Origin: an uncultured Acidobacteriota bacterium
GTDB taxonomy: Bacteria > Actinomycetota > Acidimicrobiia > Spongiisociales > ZC4RG35
Assembly (NCBI GenBank): GCA_963724825.1
Contig: CAVRWT010000005.1
Location: 204,675 to 268,674 of the forward strand
Reading direction: 5' to 3'
Length of the DNA stretch: 64,000 nt
A program made the translations under genes and the position numbers. Each line of letters starts with the position of its first letter. Positions within the stretch are counted from its first letter, which is position 1. The notes below the pieces were generated by a model, which was not told where the DNA came from, did not search any database, and worked only from the letters and a program-made list of their open reading frames with translations. Of this stretch, positions 22,351 through 32,266 are shown one piece after another.

Positions 22351-22426
22351 GGTGGAGCTGACGGGATTTGAACCCGTGACCCCCTCGTTGCGAACGAGGT
22401 GCTCTGCCAGGCTGAGCTACAGCCCC
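22351..22426 (-). tRNA. tRNA-Ala(CGC)
   Basis: GGGGCTGTAGCTCAGCCTGGCAGAGCACCTCGTT-CGC-AACGAGGGGGTCACGGGTTCAAATCCCGTCAGCTCCACC; G3:U70 pair; TACAAT -10 at 22441-22446. Confidence 0.97.
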
Positions 22427-22516
22427 TTGCGGGAGACCGGATTGTACCGGCGGCCCGTTGGTCAGCCAGAGCGACGTTTCCTTGTCGGCCCAGCGCCAGA
22501 TATGGCGCCACGTACC

Positions 22517-23129
22517 TCAGGTAAGCCGGGACAGGTCCTCGCGAAGGCGTTCTTGGACGACGGTCGCCGTGAGGTCGGAGCGGGAGCGTTCCACAAGGGC
22601 CCGGGCCACGTCGGTGGTGCGGCGCAGGCCGGAAGTCATCCCGTCGGGGTAGTCCATCGATGCCAGCAGGTCGACGATCTCGTCCATGGCCAGGAGCGCC
22701 TTCTCTGCGCCTTCGACGTCGCCATCGCGCAACAGGTCCAACATCCGACGACGCATCTCACCGACGGCTTCTCCCAGACCGTTGAGATAGGGCACCGGGT
22801 CGATCCCGAGCTCGAGTGAATCCCGGAACAGGCTCCTCCTTGAACAAGGCCTCCGTGATCCGCGCCTCGGCGTACTCCTTGGCCGCATCCCAGACGAAGC
22901 CGGCGTGGAGGATGTCCGGATGCCCGGCGAGCGTGTCCGTGATCTCGGCCAGCTGTGACCCGGCCTGTCCGATCAGCTCGTGTGCAGCCTCCCACTCCCC
23001 GCGGTGCAAGGCGCGGATGGAATTGGCGCAAGCCCTGATCACCTGCCGGGAGCCGGAATAGCCCTTTTCTCTGGCTGTGAACCGCTCGTCGAGAACCGAC
23101 CGAGCGTCGTCTGCGAAGTCCAATCCCAT
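22517..23129 (-). CDS. Translin/TRAX (C3PO)-family protein (frameshift ~22817)
   Basis: Joined ORFs: ARE...SRQVIR....I...HRG, KEYAEA, YLNGLGEAVGEMRR, GLRRTTDVAR - all-helical prokaryotic translin-like pattern. Confidence 0.8.
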
Positions 23130-23133
23130 CGCG

Positions 23134-23571
23134 TCAGTTGGCGATGACCCGGACCTGCGGTTCCTCCCACTCGGGCCGCTCGGAAACATGGCTCACCTTG
23201 AGACGCCACTGTCGGCGCTGCTTCATCTGCGCCAGGGCAGCCACGTAGAGGGCAATCAGCGAGTCGACGAAGAGATGGACCAACAACAACGGCATGGAGT
23301 TCTGCCACCAGGCGAGCCCCGCAGTGACCAGGGCGAGGGTGATGAGGAGTGCCATCGTCCGTCGCTGGCGAAGCCTGATGATGTCGCGGTGCCCGACATC
23401 GCCCTTGCTGTACGGCCGTTTCTGGACGTCGGCGATGAGATGGGTCCAGCGGTCGAACTCTTCAGTGGAGTTCAGAGGTGTGTTTTGGCGGTTGCCGAAC
23501 ACTGAAGGGAGGAGATACACACTCCATATTGCGGCTATTACCAGCAGACCGATGATGACGCTTGTTGTCAT
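23134..23571 (-). CDS. Membrane protein, GlpR/SepX-like
   Basis: N-terminal TM ending WSVYLLP, Arg-rich RLRQRR followed by a TM hairpin; conserved position after glp/moaC and before tRNA-Ala. Confidence 0.6.
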   Translation of the reverse strand: MTTSVIIGLLVIAAIWSVYLLPSVFGNRQNTPLNSTEEFDRWTHLIADVQKRPYSKGDVGHRDIIRLRQRRTMALLITLALVTAGLAWWQNSMPLLLVHLFVDSLIALYVAALAQMKQRRQWRLKVSHVSERPEWEEPQVRVIAN

Positions 23572-23624
23572 ACCCCGCGATCACTCCGTCCAAGGCTCAG
23601 CGTAGCGGGATGACTCTGTCCCAA

Positions 23625-24114
23625 TCAACGACTCAAATCCCGGGTCCACAGACCGGATCTTCCTCCGGACTTCTTCAACAATCTCACCGATTCCACGGTC
23701 ACTCCGCGCTCCACTCCCTTGACCATGTCGTAGATGGTGAGGGCCGCGACCGACGCCGCGGTCATCGCCTCCATCTCGACACCAGTGCGCCCCTGGGTGG
23801 AAACGGTAGCAAGCACCCGAATTCCATGCCCAGTCGGCTCGAGGCCTATTTCGACGGCACCCAACGGGATCGGATGGCACAACGGTATGAGATCGGGGGT
23901 CTTCTTGGCCGCCGCGATGCCCGCGATCCGGGCCACGGCCGCCGCTTCGCCCTTTGGGGAGATCACCTGCAAAGAAGCGGGAAACCAGCTCTTCTGACAT
24001 CGCCACATGGGCCTCGGCCACGGCCTCGCGGTCCGTGATCTCCTTGTCCCCGACGTCGACCATGTGGACCTCGCCTGCGTCGTTGAGGTGGGTCAGATCG
24101 CCCTCAGATCCCAT
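23625..24114 (-). CDS. moaC: Cyclic pyranopterin monophosphate synthase (frameshift ~23955)
   Basis: [37 protein letters not shown]. Confidence 0.93.
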
Positions 24115-25333
24115 CAGTCCACTCCCTTGTCTCCGGTGACTTGAACCTCTCGATCACTACCGAATCACCCGCCGCGACCGCACCTACGCCTCGCGGGATC
24201 ACCGCGAACGCATCCGCTGCCGCTGCCGCGGAGAGGATGTTCGACGACTGGCCGCCGGATGACACGACAACCGGACCACCAGCGCTCTGCTCCGAGATCC
24301 GCACCCTCACGAAGACAGTCTTGTCGGGATCGGTGTCGAACCGCTCCCCGGCGATCGCCGGCGCCTGATCCCGGAGAATCCTGGTCGCTCCCTGCATCCT
24401 GAGGAGCGCCGGGCGCAGGAACTGTTCGAAAGACACCAGGACCGACACCGGATTGCCGGGAAGGCCGAAGAACAGGGCACCGCCCACCCGCCCAAAGGCA
24501 AATGGCTTGGCCGGCTGGATCGCCACCTGCCAGAACCCGACCGATGAACTGCCCTGGAGGACCTTCTTGGTGACGTCGTAGTCCCCCATCGAGACACCAC
24601 CGGTGGACACGATCACATCGGAGGAGGAACCGGTTTCCAGGGCCTCCCGCAGTGCTTCGTCGTGGTCGGGAATGATCCCCAGATCGGTCAGTTCGGCTCC
24701 CACCTCCTCGAGCAGAGCCTTCACCATCGGTCGATTCGAGTCTCGGATCAAGCCTGGGGCCAGAGGGCCACCACCGGGAGGAACGAGCTCGTCACCTGTC
24801 GACATGAAGGCGACGCGGGGACGGCGATGCACGACGGGAGCGGCTACTCCGATGGTTGCCAAGACCCCGACATGCATCGGGGTGAGCCTGGTCCCGGCTT
24901 CGAACACGAGGCTCCCAGCCGCCACGTCGCCTCCGGCAGGCCGCACCGAGGTCCCGACCTCGACCGCGGTGACGACGGTCACCCGATCGGAGCCGCCGTC
25001 CGTGTCCTCGATCTTCACCACGGTGTCGGCGCCTTCGGGCATGGGTGCGCCGGTCATGATCTTCAACGCTTGGCCGGGGCCGACCCGGCTCTCTGCGACG
25101 GAACCCGCAGCGAGATCCCCGACCACTTCCAGCACCGCACCCGGCCTTGCCACGTCGGAGCCAAGCACCGCATATCCGTCCATCGCCGAATTGCGGAAAG
25201 GGGGAACGCTCTCGGCGGCGGTCACGTCTGTCGCCAGGACCCGACCCAGGGCGTCCCAGATCGAGACCGGTTCGCTCTCCAGCGTCTCAACCGAGCGCAA
25301 GACTTCGGAGCGCGCCTCCTCGAGTGGTCTCAC
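24104..25333 (-). CDS. moeA: Molybdopterin molybdotransferase / gephyrin-like Glp
   Basis: SAMDGYA, IMTGAPMP, STGDEL, STGGVSMG, GLPGNPVS. Confidence 0.95.
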   Translation of the reverse strand: MRPLEEARSEVLRSVETLESEPVSIWDALGRVLATDVTAAESVPPFRNSAMDGYAVLGSDVARPGAVLEVVGDLAAGSVAESRVGPGQALKIMTGAPMPEGADTVVKIEDTDGGSDRVTVVTAVEVGTSVRPAGGDVAAGSLVFEAGTRLTPMHVGVLATIGVAAPVVHRRPRVAFMSTGDELVPPGGGPLAPGLIRDSNRPMVKALLEEVGAELTDLGIIPDHDEALREALETGSSSDVIVSTGGVSMGDYDVTKKVLQGSSSVGFWQVAIQPAKPFAFGRVGGALFFGLPGNPVSVLVSFEQFLRPALLRMQGATRILRDQAPAIAGERFDTDPDKTVFVRVRISEQSAGGPVVVSSGGQSSNILSAAAAADAFAVIPRGVGAVAAGDSVVIERFKSPETREWTDGI

Positions 25334-26145
25334 GTCCCGGGCCGACCCTCCAGCCAGGTCGTGAACTCCTCGCCGAATTGGTCCTTCCCCAGCACGACCG
25401 AGGCTTCGAGAAGGCCGAGTGGAGTTCCAACATCGAGAAGATCGAGCGCCGCGACAAAGCCTCGCAACCGACCCGCCTTTCCCAATCCGTCGATGGCGTC
25501 GGTCAGTTGGATCTCGCCCCCGGTCCCTGGCGCCGTCTTGTCGAGGAGGCCGAAGACTTCCGGCGTGAACAGATAACGGCCGACCATCCCCAGGCGGGAA
25601 GGCGCCTCCTCGATCCCGGGCTTCTCGACTGCTCCCCCGAGCATCAAATAGCCCTCCTCCACCGCGGAGGAGGGAACCACCACTCCGTATTTCGAGAGAA
25701 ACTCGTCGTCGAGCTCGCGGAGACAGACCACCGACACCGTCCCGTCGCTGCTTCCGGCCGACAAGGAGGCAAGGACGTCCACACCGGGCCGAACGATGTT
25801 GTCGGCCAAGAGGACGAAGAAGGGCCGATCTCCAACCACGTCGGCCGCCTCGTTCACCGCGTGGCCCAGGCCCAACGGCTCCTCCTGGACAACCGGGCGG
25901 AGGTGGATCTCCTCCAGACCGGGAAGTGGTCCCTCGAGACTGAAATGCTGGGCGACGAGATGGCCGACGTCGAGGTCGACGATCACCACCGCCTCCTTGG
26001 CCCCCGCCCGCGCCGCCTCCTCCACTGCGTACTGGATCGCCGGCCGGTCGACCACCGTGAGCAGCGCCTTCGGCACCACCCTGGTCGCCGGGCGCATCCG
26101 GGTCCCCCGCCCCGCCGCAGGGATCACCGCGACATCGATGTTCAT
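25330..26145 (-). CDS. galU: UTP--glucose-1-phosphate uridylyltransferase
   Basis: AVIPAAGRGTRMRPAT...PK, Q.EPLGLGHAV, VEKP, GEIQLTDAI. Confidence 0.9.
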   Translation of the reverse strand: MNIDVAVIPAAGRGTRMRPATRVVPKALLTVVDRPAIQYAVEEAARAGAKEAVVIVDLDVGHLVAQHFSLEGPLPGLEEIHLRPVVQEEPLGLGHAVNEAADVVGDRPFFVLLADNIVRPGVDVLASLSAGSSDGTVSVVCLRELDDEFLSKYGVVVPSSAVEEGYLMLGGAVEKPGIEEAPSRLGMVGRYLFTPEVFGLLDKTAPGTGGEIQLTDAIDGLGKAGRLRGFVAALDLLDVGTPLGLLEASVVLGKDQFGEEFTTWLEGRPGT

Positions 26146-26759
26146 GTGGTCACCTTGTGCTCTCTGCCGGAAACCATGCGTTGGATGTTTCCCCGATGCC
26201 TCCAAACGATGAGGGCAATGATCAGGGCCACCCAGACCAGCGACGCACCGGGCACACCCTGCCAGATCAGGATCGGGATCGTCACCACCATGATCACCAG
26301 AGACGCTATCGACGCGGTCTTGGTCAGCTTCACGATGATCCCCCACAATGCCAGTTCGATCACCGCAGCCAAGGGCACGGTGAACAGGAGGACGCCGGCG
26401 CCGGTTGCCACCCCCTTGCCGCCCTTGAACTTGTGGAAGATCGGGTAGCAGTGACCGACCACAGCGGCGAAGCCTGCGGCAAACGCCCATGGTCCCATCG
26501 GGTCGGGAACTCCCGACGCGATCATCCCCATCGCTGCTCCCACCGTGCCTTTGAGCATGTCCCCGATCAGCACCATCGCTGCTGGGAGCCGGCCGACGGT
26601 GCGGAGCACGTTGGAGGTCCCCGGGTTGCCGCTGCCGGCCTCGTGGATGTCGACGCCATGCATCCGGGCAACGATCACCGCGAAGTCGATGCTTCCCACG
26701 ACATAGGCCGCAATCAGGGCCAGGGGGATCGCAAGACCGGGTGTCATCGAGGCGATCAT
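26142..26759 (-). CDS. plsY: Glycerol-3-phosphate acyltransferase
   Basis: GSGNPGTSN, GHCYPIF..FKGGKGVAT, RHRGNI. Confidence 0.95.
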   Translation of the reverse strand: MIASMTPGLAIPLALIAAYVVGSIDFAVIVARMHGVDIHEAGSGNPGTSNVLRTVGRLPAAMVLIGDMLKGTVGAAMGMIASGVPDPMGPWAFAAGFAAVVGHCYPIFHKFKGGKGVATGAGVLLFTVPLAAVIELALWGIIVKLTKTASIASLVIMVVTIPILIWQGVPGASLVWVALIIALIVWRHRGNIQRMVSGREHKVTT

Positions 26760-26838
26760 ATTGCCCGGGGTCGGAATGGAAGTGAGCGGTTGGCGGTTGT
26801 ACGATCGCGACCCACCCCTCTCCAGCGGTCAGATTTCG

Positions 26839-27154
26839 ATGCCTACCTACGAATACGTCTGCAAGTCGTGCGGCGACACCATCGAGAAGGTCCAGTCCTT
26901 TTCGGATAAGCCGCTGCGCCGTCACGAGAAGTGTGGCGGCGACCTCCAGAAGGTCTTCCATGCACGCGGCATCGTGTTCAAGGGCCCCGGTTTCTACAGC
27001 ACCGACGCTCGCGCCCCTTCAGAACGCCTCGAAGAAGAGCGAGGGCTCCAAAGCCAAGGAGACGTCCAAGTCCAAGGACGGTTCCGGATCCTCCACAAAG
27101 GAGCCTTCCAAGCCGTCCGTGCCCAGCCCCGCTCCTTCTGCCTCCAGCGACTGA
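26839..27154 (+). CDS. FmdB family zinc-ribbon protein (frameshift in low-complexity tail)
   Basis: MPTYEYVCKSCG...CGG, GIVFKGPGFYSTD. Confidence 0.9.
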
Positions 27155-27202
27155 ACAGCCAGCCCTCTTCCGGCGGCCGGGCGGCACTCGTACCTTCGAA
27201 GG

Positions 27203-27721
27203 GTGCTCTGGTTACAGACACCGCCCTGGGGACGCTGGCTGGCAGCCGGCCTCATCGTCCTCGGATCCTTGTGGGTTGAACTCGGTCCCGAGCCATCCGT
27301 CGAACACCCATTCGCGTCGGAGGCAATCCTCGCCGGAGCCGAGATCGGCGAATGGAACACCGTCCTCCGAAAGGTGCCGGCAGGGCTGTTGGAAACCGTG
27401 ACCCCAGGCGGGGTGGCGTTGACCGCCATCGCTCCCGGTGAGCCGCTTCTCGCTTCCTCAGTCGGAGAGCACGATCTCACGACTCCGGCCGGATGGTGGA
27501 GCATCGAGATGGCGCTCCCTATCTCGGCACGCCCCGGCGATGAGGCCCAGATCGTCCTTCTCGATGCCGGTTCGAGCGTGCCCGCGGTGGTAGTGACAGG
27601 TGCGGCCGACGACCCGTTGGGCTCCGGTCTCGGCACCGTGGCGGTCCCTGGAGACCATGCCGCCGAGGTCGCCGCGGCCGCCGTGGAGGGCAGGGTCGCG
27701 ATCATGATTGCAACCCGTTGA
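27203..27721 (+). CDS. SAF-domain membrane-anchored protein
   Basis: N-terminal TM, FASEAILAG, AIAPGEPL; follows fmdB as in other actinobacteria. Confidence 0.6.
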   Translation: MLWLQTPPWGRWLAAGLIVLGSLWVELGPEPSVEHPFASEAILAGAEIGEWNTVLRKVPAGLLETVTPGGVALTAIAPGEPLLASSVGEHDLTTPAGWWSIEMALPISARPGDEAQIVLLDAGSSVPAVVVTGAADDPLGSGLGTVAVPGDHAAEVAAAAVEGRVAIMIATR

Positions 27722-27737
27722 GGGTTACCGTGCCGCC

Positions 27738-28517
27738 GTGCTTGCCGTCGTCATCTGGGGAGTGATCCAGGGGATCACCGAATTCCTTCCGGTCTCATCG
27801 GACGGTCACCTGGTGGTCATACCCGCCCTCCTCAACGAGATGGGGCTCGATGTGCAGCCGCCCACGCTGGCCTCGACCGCGATCCTCCACCTGGGAACCC
27901 TGGCGGCGATGCTCATCTATTTCCGACACGACCTGGCGAAGGTCCTCCATTTCCGCGACGACCCCGAAGGACGAAAGATCGCACTGCTGGTTGCGATCGG
28001 GACTATCCCGGCCGTGATCTTCGGGCTACCCCTTGAAGGCGAGCTGAATGCGCTTCTCGACCACGATCTCGAACGTCGGCTGGGCACTGATCGGCAACGG
28101 GGTAATCCTCTATCTCGGCTCCCGGACTCGCCTTCGGCACCCGGCGCATCATGGACATGAAGATCCCCGACTCGATACTCATCGGCTTTGCCCAGGCCAT
28201 GGCCCTGATCCCCGGGATATCGAGGTCGGGCACGACGATCTCGGTCGGGAGCGCCCGTCACATCGAGCCGACAGAGGCCGCCCGATATTCCTTCCTGCTC
28301 GGGATCCCTGCGGTCACCGGCGCCGGGCTGCTCGAGCTCTACCGGGTGTCGGGCTCGGGGACCTTCGATCCGGTCCTGATCGTGGGTGTGATCGTGGCCG
28401 GGGTCACCGGGTACCTGGCGATCGGCTGGCTGATGAGCTCGCTGAAGCGGGTGGGGCTGCTCCCCTTCGCCATCTACTGCGTGGCGCTTGGGTGCGCTGA
28501 CAGTGATCGTCTTCTGA
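27738..28517 (+). CDS. uppP: Undecaprenyl-diphosphate phosphatase (frameshifted)
   Basis: QGITEFLPVSSDGH, LHLGT, ALIPGISRSG.T, YSFLLGIP. Confidence 0.92.
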
Positions 28518-28567
28518 AGCCCTCGCCGCGTGGCAGCGGCAGTCCCCGCGCCGCAGCGGCGACCTGT

Positions 28568-28626
28568 TCGCCCCGAGGAGCGGCAGCGACGTCGGGAGCA
28601 GTGAGCCCGCGAAGGGCTGAGGGGGC
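28568..28626. repeat. Degenerate copy of REP-like palindromic repeat
   Basis: CCCCGAGGAGCGGCAGCGACGTCGGG...GCCCGCGAAGGGCTGAGGGGGC resembles 35172-35225; lies between convergent uppP and dapB. Confidence 0.55.
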
Positions 28627-28667
28627 CATGGCGAACGTGGCCGGGGGCATGAGTCGGCGGCAAGAAA

Positions 28668-29418
28668 CTAGAGCACCGTGTCGAGACCCAGGTGCACACC
28701 AGGTGCCAGACCCACGCACCTTGCGGATCGCCAGCAAAGCACCCGCGGCGAAGGCCCCGTAATCGGTCGACAGATGCTCGATGGAGAGCACCTCTCCGGT
28801 GTTGGACAGAGCGACCTCCTGTTGGGAGATGAGCCCAGGAAGTCTCATCGCATGGACCCGAACTCCCTCCACCAGGGCCCCTCGAGCACCCTCGACTAGT
28901 TCTTCAGAGCCTTCGGCGGAACGGCCTCCTGCGGCGGATACCCCGATCGCAGTGGCCAGCGAGGTGCCCGACGGCGCATCCGGCTTGGTCGAGTGATGCC
29001 TCTCCACGATCTCGACTGCCTCGAAATAGGGCGCCGCCTGGGCGGCGAACCTCATCATGAGCACGGCGCCGATCGCGAAGTTGGGAACGATCAGGCAGGG
29101 CGGGCCCTCGGTTCCCCAGGACTCGCGGAGTTGAGCGAGGCGCTCCGGGGTGAAACCGGAGGTCCCGACCACGGCCGCCAGGCCGTTGGCTCGCCAGTGC
29201 CCAAGGTTGTCGAGGACGACGTCGTTGTGCGCCGTCTCCACCACGACATCGCCTTTCATCGCGCCGGGGTCGCCACTCACTGTCATCCCGTGCAGCATCT
29301 GCCCGGCCCGGTTGGGATTGAAGAAACCGGTCAGCTCCAGGTCGTCGGCGGCCACCACCGCGTCAGCGATGGCACTCGCCAGCTTCCCACCGGCTCCGGA
29401 GATAACCACCTGGATCAT
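28668..29418 (-). CDS. dapB: 4-hydroxy-tetrahydrodipicolinate reductase (frameshift near C-terminus)
   Basis: GAGGKLA, VVGTSGF, PNFAIGA, ERHHSTKPDAPSGT; ends GLDTVL* in the shifted frame. Confidence 0.93.
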
Positions 29419-30147
29419 GTGGTCACGATAGGTCGCGTGAAACGCTCCCAGCGTCCTGAGACTCCTGCGGCGGAAGGCTTGGCATTCAGTGGCCACCATC
29501 TGGCGGCGGCGGCGATGGCACCGAGGCTCACTATCAGTGACGCGAGGGCTTCCCCCCAAACGATGGTGTCCGAGCTGCACGAGCTGCGCGATCGGGCCAT
29601 CGGGCCCCGAGCTCCCGGTCCCCGAGGAAACTGAAGTGTCGGAGCCAAGGCGCCAGCCGGACCGATATCCCTGCTCCGCCGGATCGACTTGCACAACGGT
29701 GCCATCGGCCAGCGTCTCGGTGCAGACCGGGTCGAGGTGGACGAAGAGGACGAAGACGGCCAGGGCAGCAGTCATGCCCAGCGCCACGCCGGACCACCAC
29801 TGCCCTCTCGAAATCTCGACCTTCACCGGTCGACTCGACCAGGCGTACATCCAGATCAACGACGTCACGAAGGCGACAGGGAGCAGCACGATGCTGACGA
29901 TCCCGGTTATCAACGAGGCAAGGGCGGCGACGGGGAGCAGGCCCGACCGTCGGTCGAGGGACAGCCAGGCCAAAGAGGGAGCTATGGCTGCGCTGGTGGC
30001 GAGGGCAATCGAGCCCAGCCACTCCCCAGACTCGCTCTCGGTGTTGACCACCCGGATGACAAGGACAGCGAGTGCCATCCCGTATCCGAGAACGACTCCG
30101 ATCAAGATCCAGCGACGGTTTCTCCGAATGTCTTGATACAGGGTCAT
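29415..30147 (-). CDS. Hypothetical multi-pass membrane protein (frameshift ~29580)
   Basis: MTLYQDIRR followed by several TM segments and an extracellular loop flanked by two Cys; C-terminus in ORF 29415..29705. Confidence 0.65.
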
Positions 30148-30151
30148 TGCG

Positions 30152-31249
30152 TCACCTTCCGCAAAGGGGTTGGAACCAGTTCGTGAAGTCAAGAGCGAGC
30201 ACATTGACGACGTCAGGTGCTGCCTCCTCGATGAAGTCAACGATCTCCGTGGTCGGCCCGGTGACCACCAGGGAAGCCACTTGTGGGTCGCCCAGCTCGG
30301 AGCGGACTGATTCCGCCTCTTCTGGTGAGGAGTTGACGCCTTGGAGAAGATCGGGGTGATCGATCAAGTTGTCCACAGCTCGAAGCGTCTCAGCCAAGGC
30401 GTCATCGATCGAAGCCGGCTCGCCTGACGCAGCTGCCACTGCCACCGCCGCTCGCCCCTATGGCTCCCGAAATCTCGATCGATGCGGTAGCCGCAGGTCC
30501 CGTATCCGAGAACACCGAAGGACGCCAGCCACGAGCCATCACCAACCGCGAACCCGGCCCAGACCACGCGCACGTCGGCGTCACTTTCGAGCGTTCGCCG
30601 GCCGCCCCATGTCGAGTGGTGTCTCGTATCGACAACAACACAGTCGCAACCGTTCCGTCGTCGACGGCCTCCAGTCGATCCTGACCCCCGATTGCCTCGT
30701 CGTCGCCGGAATAGGAACGGGTAAAACCTCCCAGCATTGGCGTCTCCAAAGGCAAGTGGTCCAATCCTGGACTCGAGGCTGCCGAGCTCTTCGGCAGAGT
30801 CACCCAACGGCATCGCCATGGTCACTTCGGAGGTTCGCGACAGGAGATGGGAGTCGATAGGCGTATTCCGTCACGCTCGCGCCCGGATTGAACATGACGG
30901 CCAGATCGGCAGTAGCGATGGTGGCCGCTTCGGCCCGGCCGCCTCGATTGATGATCAAAGGATGTATCAAGGTCAAGGAGACGAGCCACGCCACCAGGGT
31001 CACCGCGATCACCAGGAGGACGACATCAACCGCGACCCGGAACATGGAGCGGCGAACCGCGCGTCGCATGTCACGTTGCGTCCAGGAGGAGGGCTCAACG
31101 GCGCCCAGGTCGACCGGAGCCACACCTTCGAGCACGGCCCGACACTCGTCGCAGGTAGCCAGATGGGCATCGACCTCTCGGCGCGTCGCTCGGTCGAGCG
31201 TCTCGTCGACATAGCCCTCGAGCAGGTCCTGAATCTCCTCGTGTGTCAT
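30152..31249 (-). CDS. Zinc-binding anti-sigma factor with TM and extracytoplasmic domain (frameshifted)
   Basis: HLATCDEC (HxxxCxxC) motif followed by a TM; continues in ORFs 30364..30825/30402..30803 and 30152..30445. Confidence 0.75.
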
Positions 31250-31761
31250 TGAGCGTCCCGTTCGTACGCAATCCGAAACCCTTGTCGGGCCCGATGGACC
31301 AGCACTCGTGACGCACCTTCGGAGATGCCGAGGGTCGCCGCCACTTCGGATCCGCTCAGCCCAATACGGTCGGACAGGATCAATGCGGTGCGCTGGCGCT
31401 CCGGGAGGGCTTCCGAGAGCGCGTTCGATGGCATCCTGCTCCACCGGGTCGCGCTCGGGAGGACCGGCAACTTCTATCTGCTCGGCGATGTCGGACGGCT
31501 TCCCTGTCGGCGTAGGTTGTCCAGGAAGACCGTACGAGCGATTGAGAACAGCCAGGCCTTCGGGCTGCCACCCCGGTACCCACCCAGCGCCCTCGTCGCT
31601 CTGATGAAGGTGTCCTGCATCAGATCCTCCGCCAGCCCGCGGTCACGGCATAGAGACACGAGATAGGAATAGACCTGACCAGCGTGGAGCCGGTAGAAGG
31701 TCTCGATGTCGTTGTTCTCGACCACACCGGTTTCCGTGTTTCTGTTGATCCAGACGGCCAT
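31246..31761 (-). CDS. ECF RNA polymerase sigma factor (frameshift ~31480)
   Basis: AEDLMQDTF, AWLFSIAR (region 2); LPERQRTALIL..EVAATLG..VHRAR (region 4). Confidence 0.92.
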
Positions 31762-31829
31762 GACATCGACAATGACGCAGCCGGAACCCAGATTGTTACG
31801 GACGGTTCAAGAATTCGTCCCCGGATCGG

Positions 31830-32266
31830 TCACGATAGGTCGAGGCTCATCCACACCGAATCCTCTTCGACGAACCCGTGTCGTTCGTAGAAGCGCCGGG
31901 CGGCCTCGTTCGCCTTCTCGGTTTCCAGGGTCAAACGGGCGAACGGCCTCTCGACCTCAGGTCGTCGAGAATCGCCGCCAGCAGCGAGGTCCCAACACCG
32001 GAGCCCCGATCCCGGATGTAGATCTCGTCGATGAGGGCGTCGCGCCCTCCGGACTCGAGGCTGTAGCCCCAGGTGACGATGGCATAGCCGAGAGCCCAGC
32101 CCTCCTCCTCCACCAGATGGACGACACCATGGTCATCGGAGGCGAGCAGCGGGACGAGGGCCGGTTTGACCCGGTCGGCCTCGAAGACGTGCCCGTCGAG
32201 GACACAGAACTCCTTGGACAGCTCCAGGACGACGTCCAGATCGCCAGGGACAGCCCGACGTATCAA
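31830..32266 (-). CDS. GNAT family N-acetyltransferase (frameshift ~31945)
   Basis: YSLESGG..IDEIYI..RGSGVG; LETEKANEAARRFYERHGF in the second frame; TTG start overlaps the upstream TGA. Confidence 0.8.

Larger units (their letters stand above)
18457..22394. mobile_element. Integrase-less genomic islet integrated at tRNA-Ala(CGC)
   Basis: Bounded by direct repeats of the tRNA 3' end; contains only sulP-like and cyclase-TPR genes. Confidence 0.6.

Noticed and set aside
25330-26961. 543-aa extended GalU
   Set aside because: The N-terminal extension is an alternate frame over plsY; the real start is ATG 26145.
28474-30240. 588-aa membrane protein-DapB fusion
   Set aside because: Explained by a frameshift at ~29580; the membrane gene ends at 29415, overlapping the dapB ATG.
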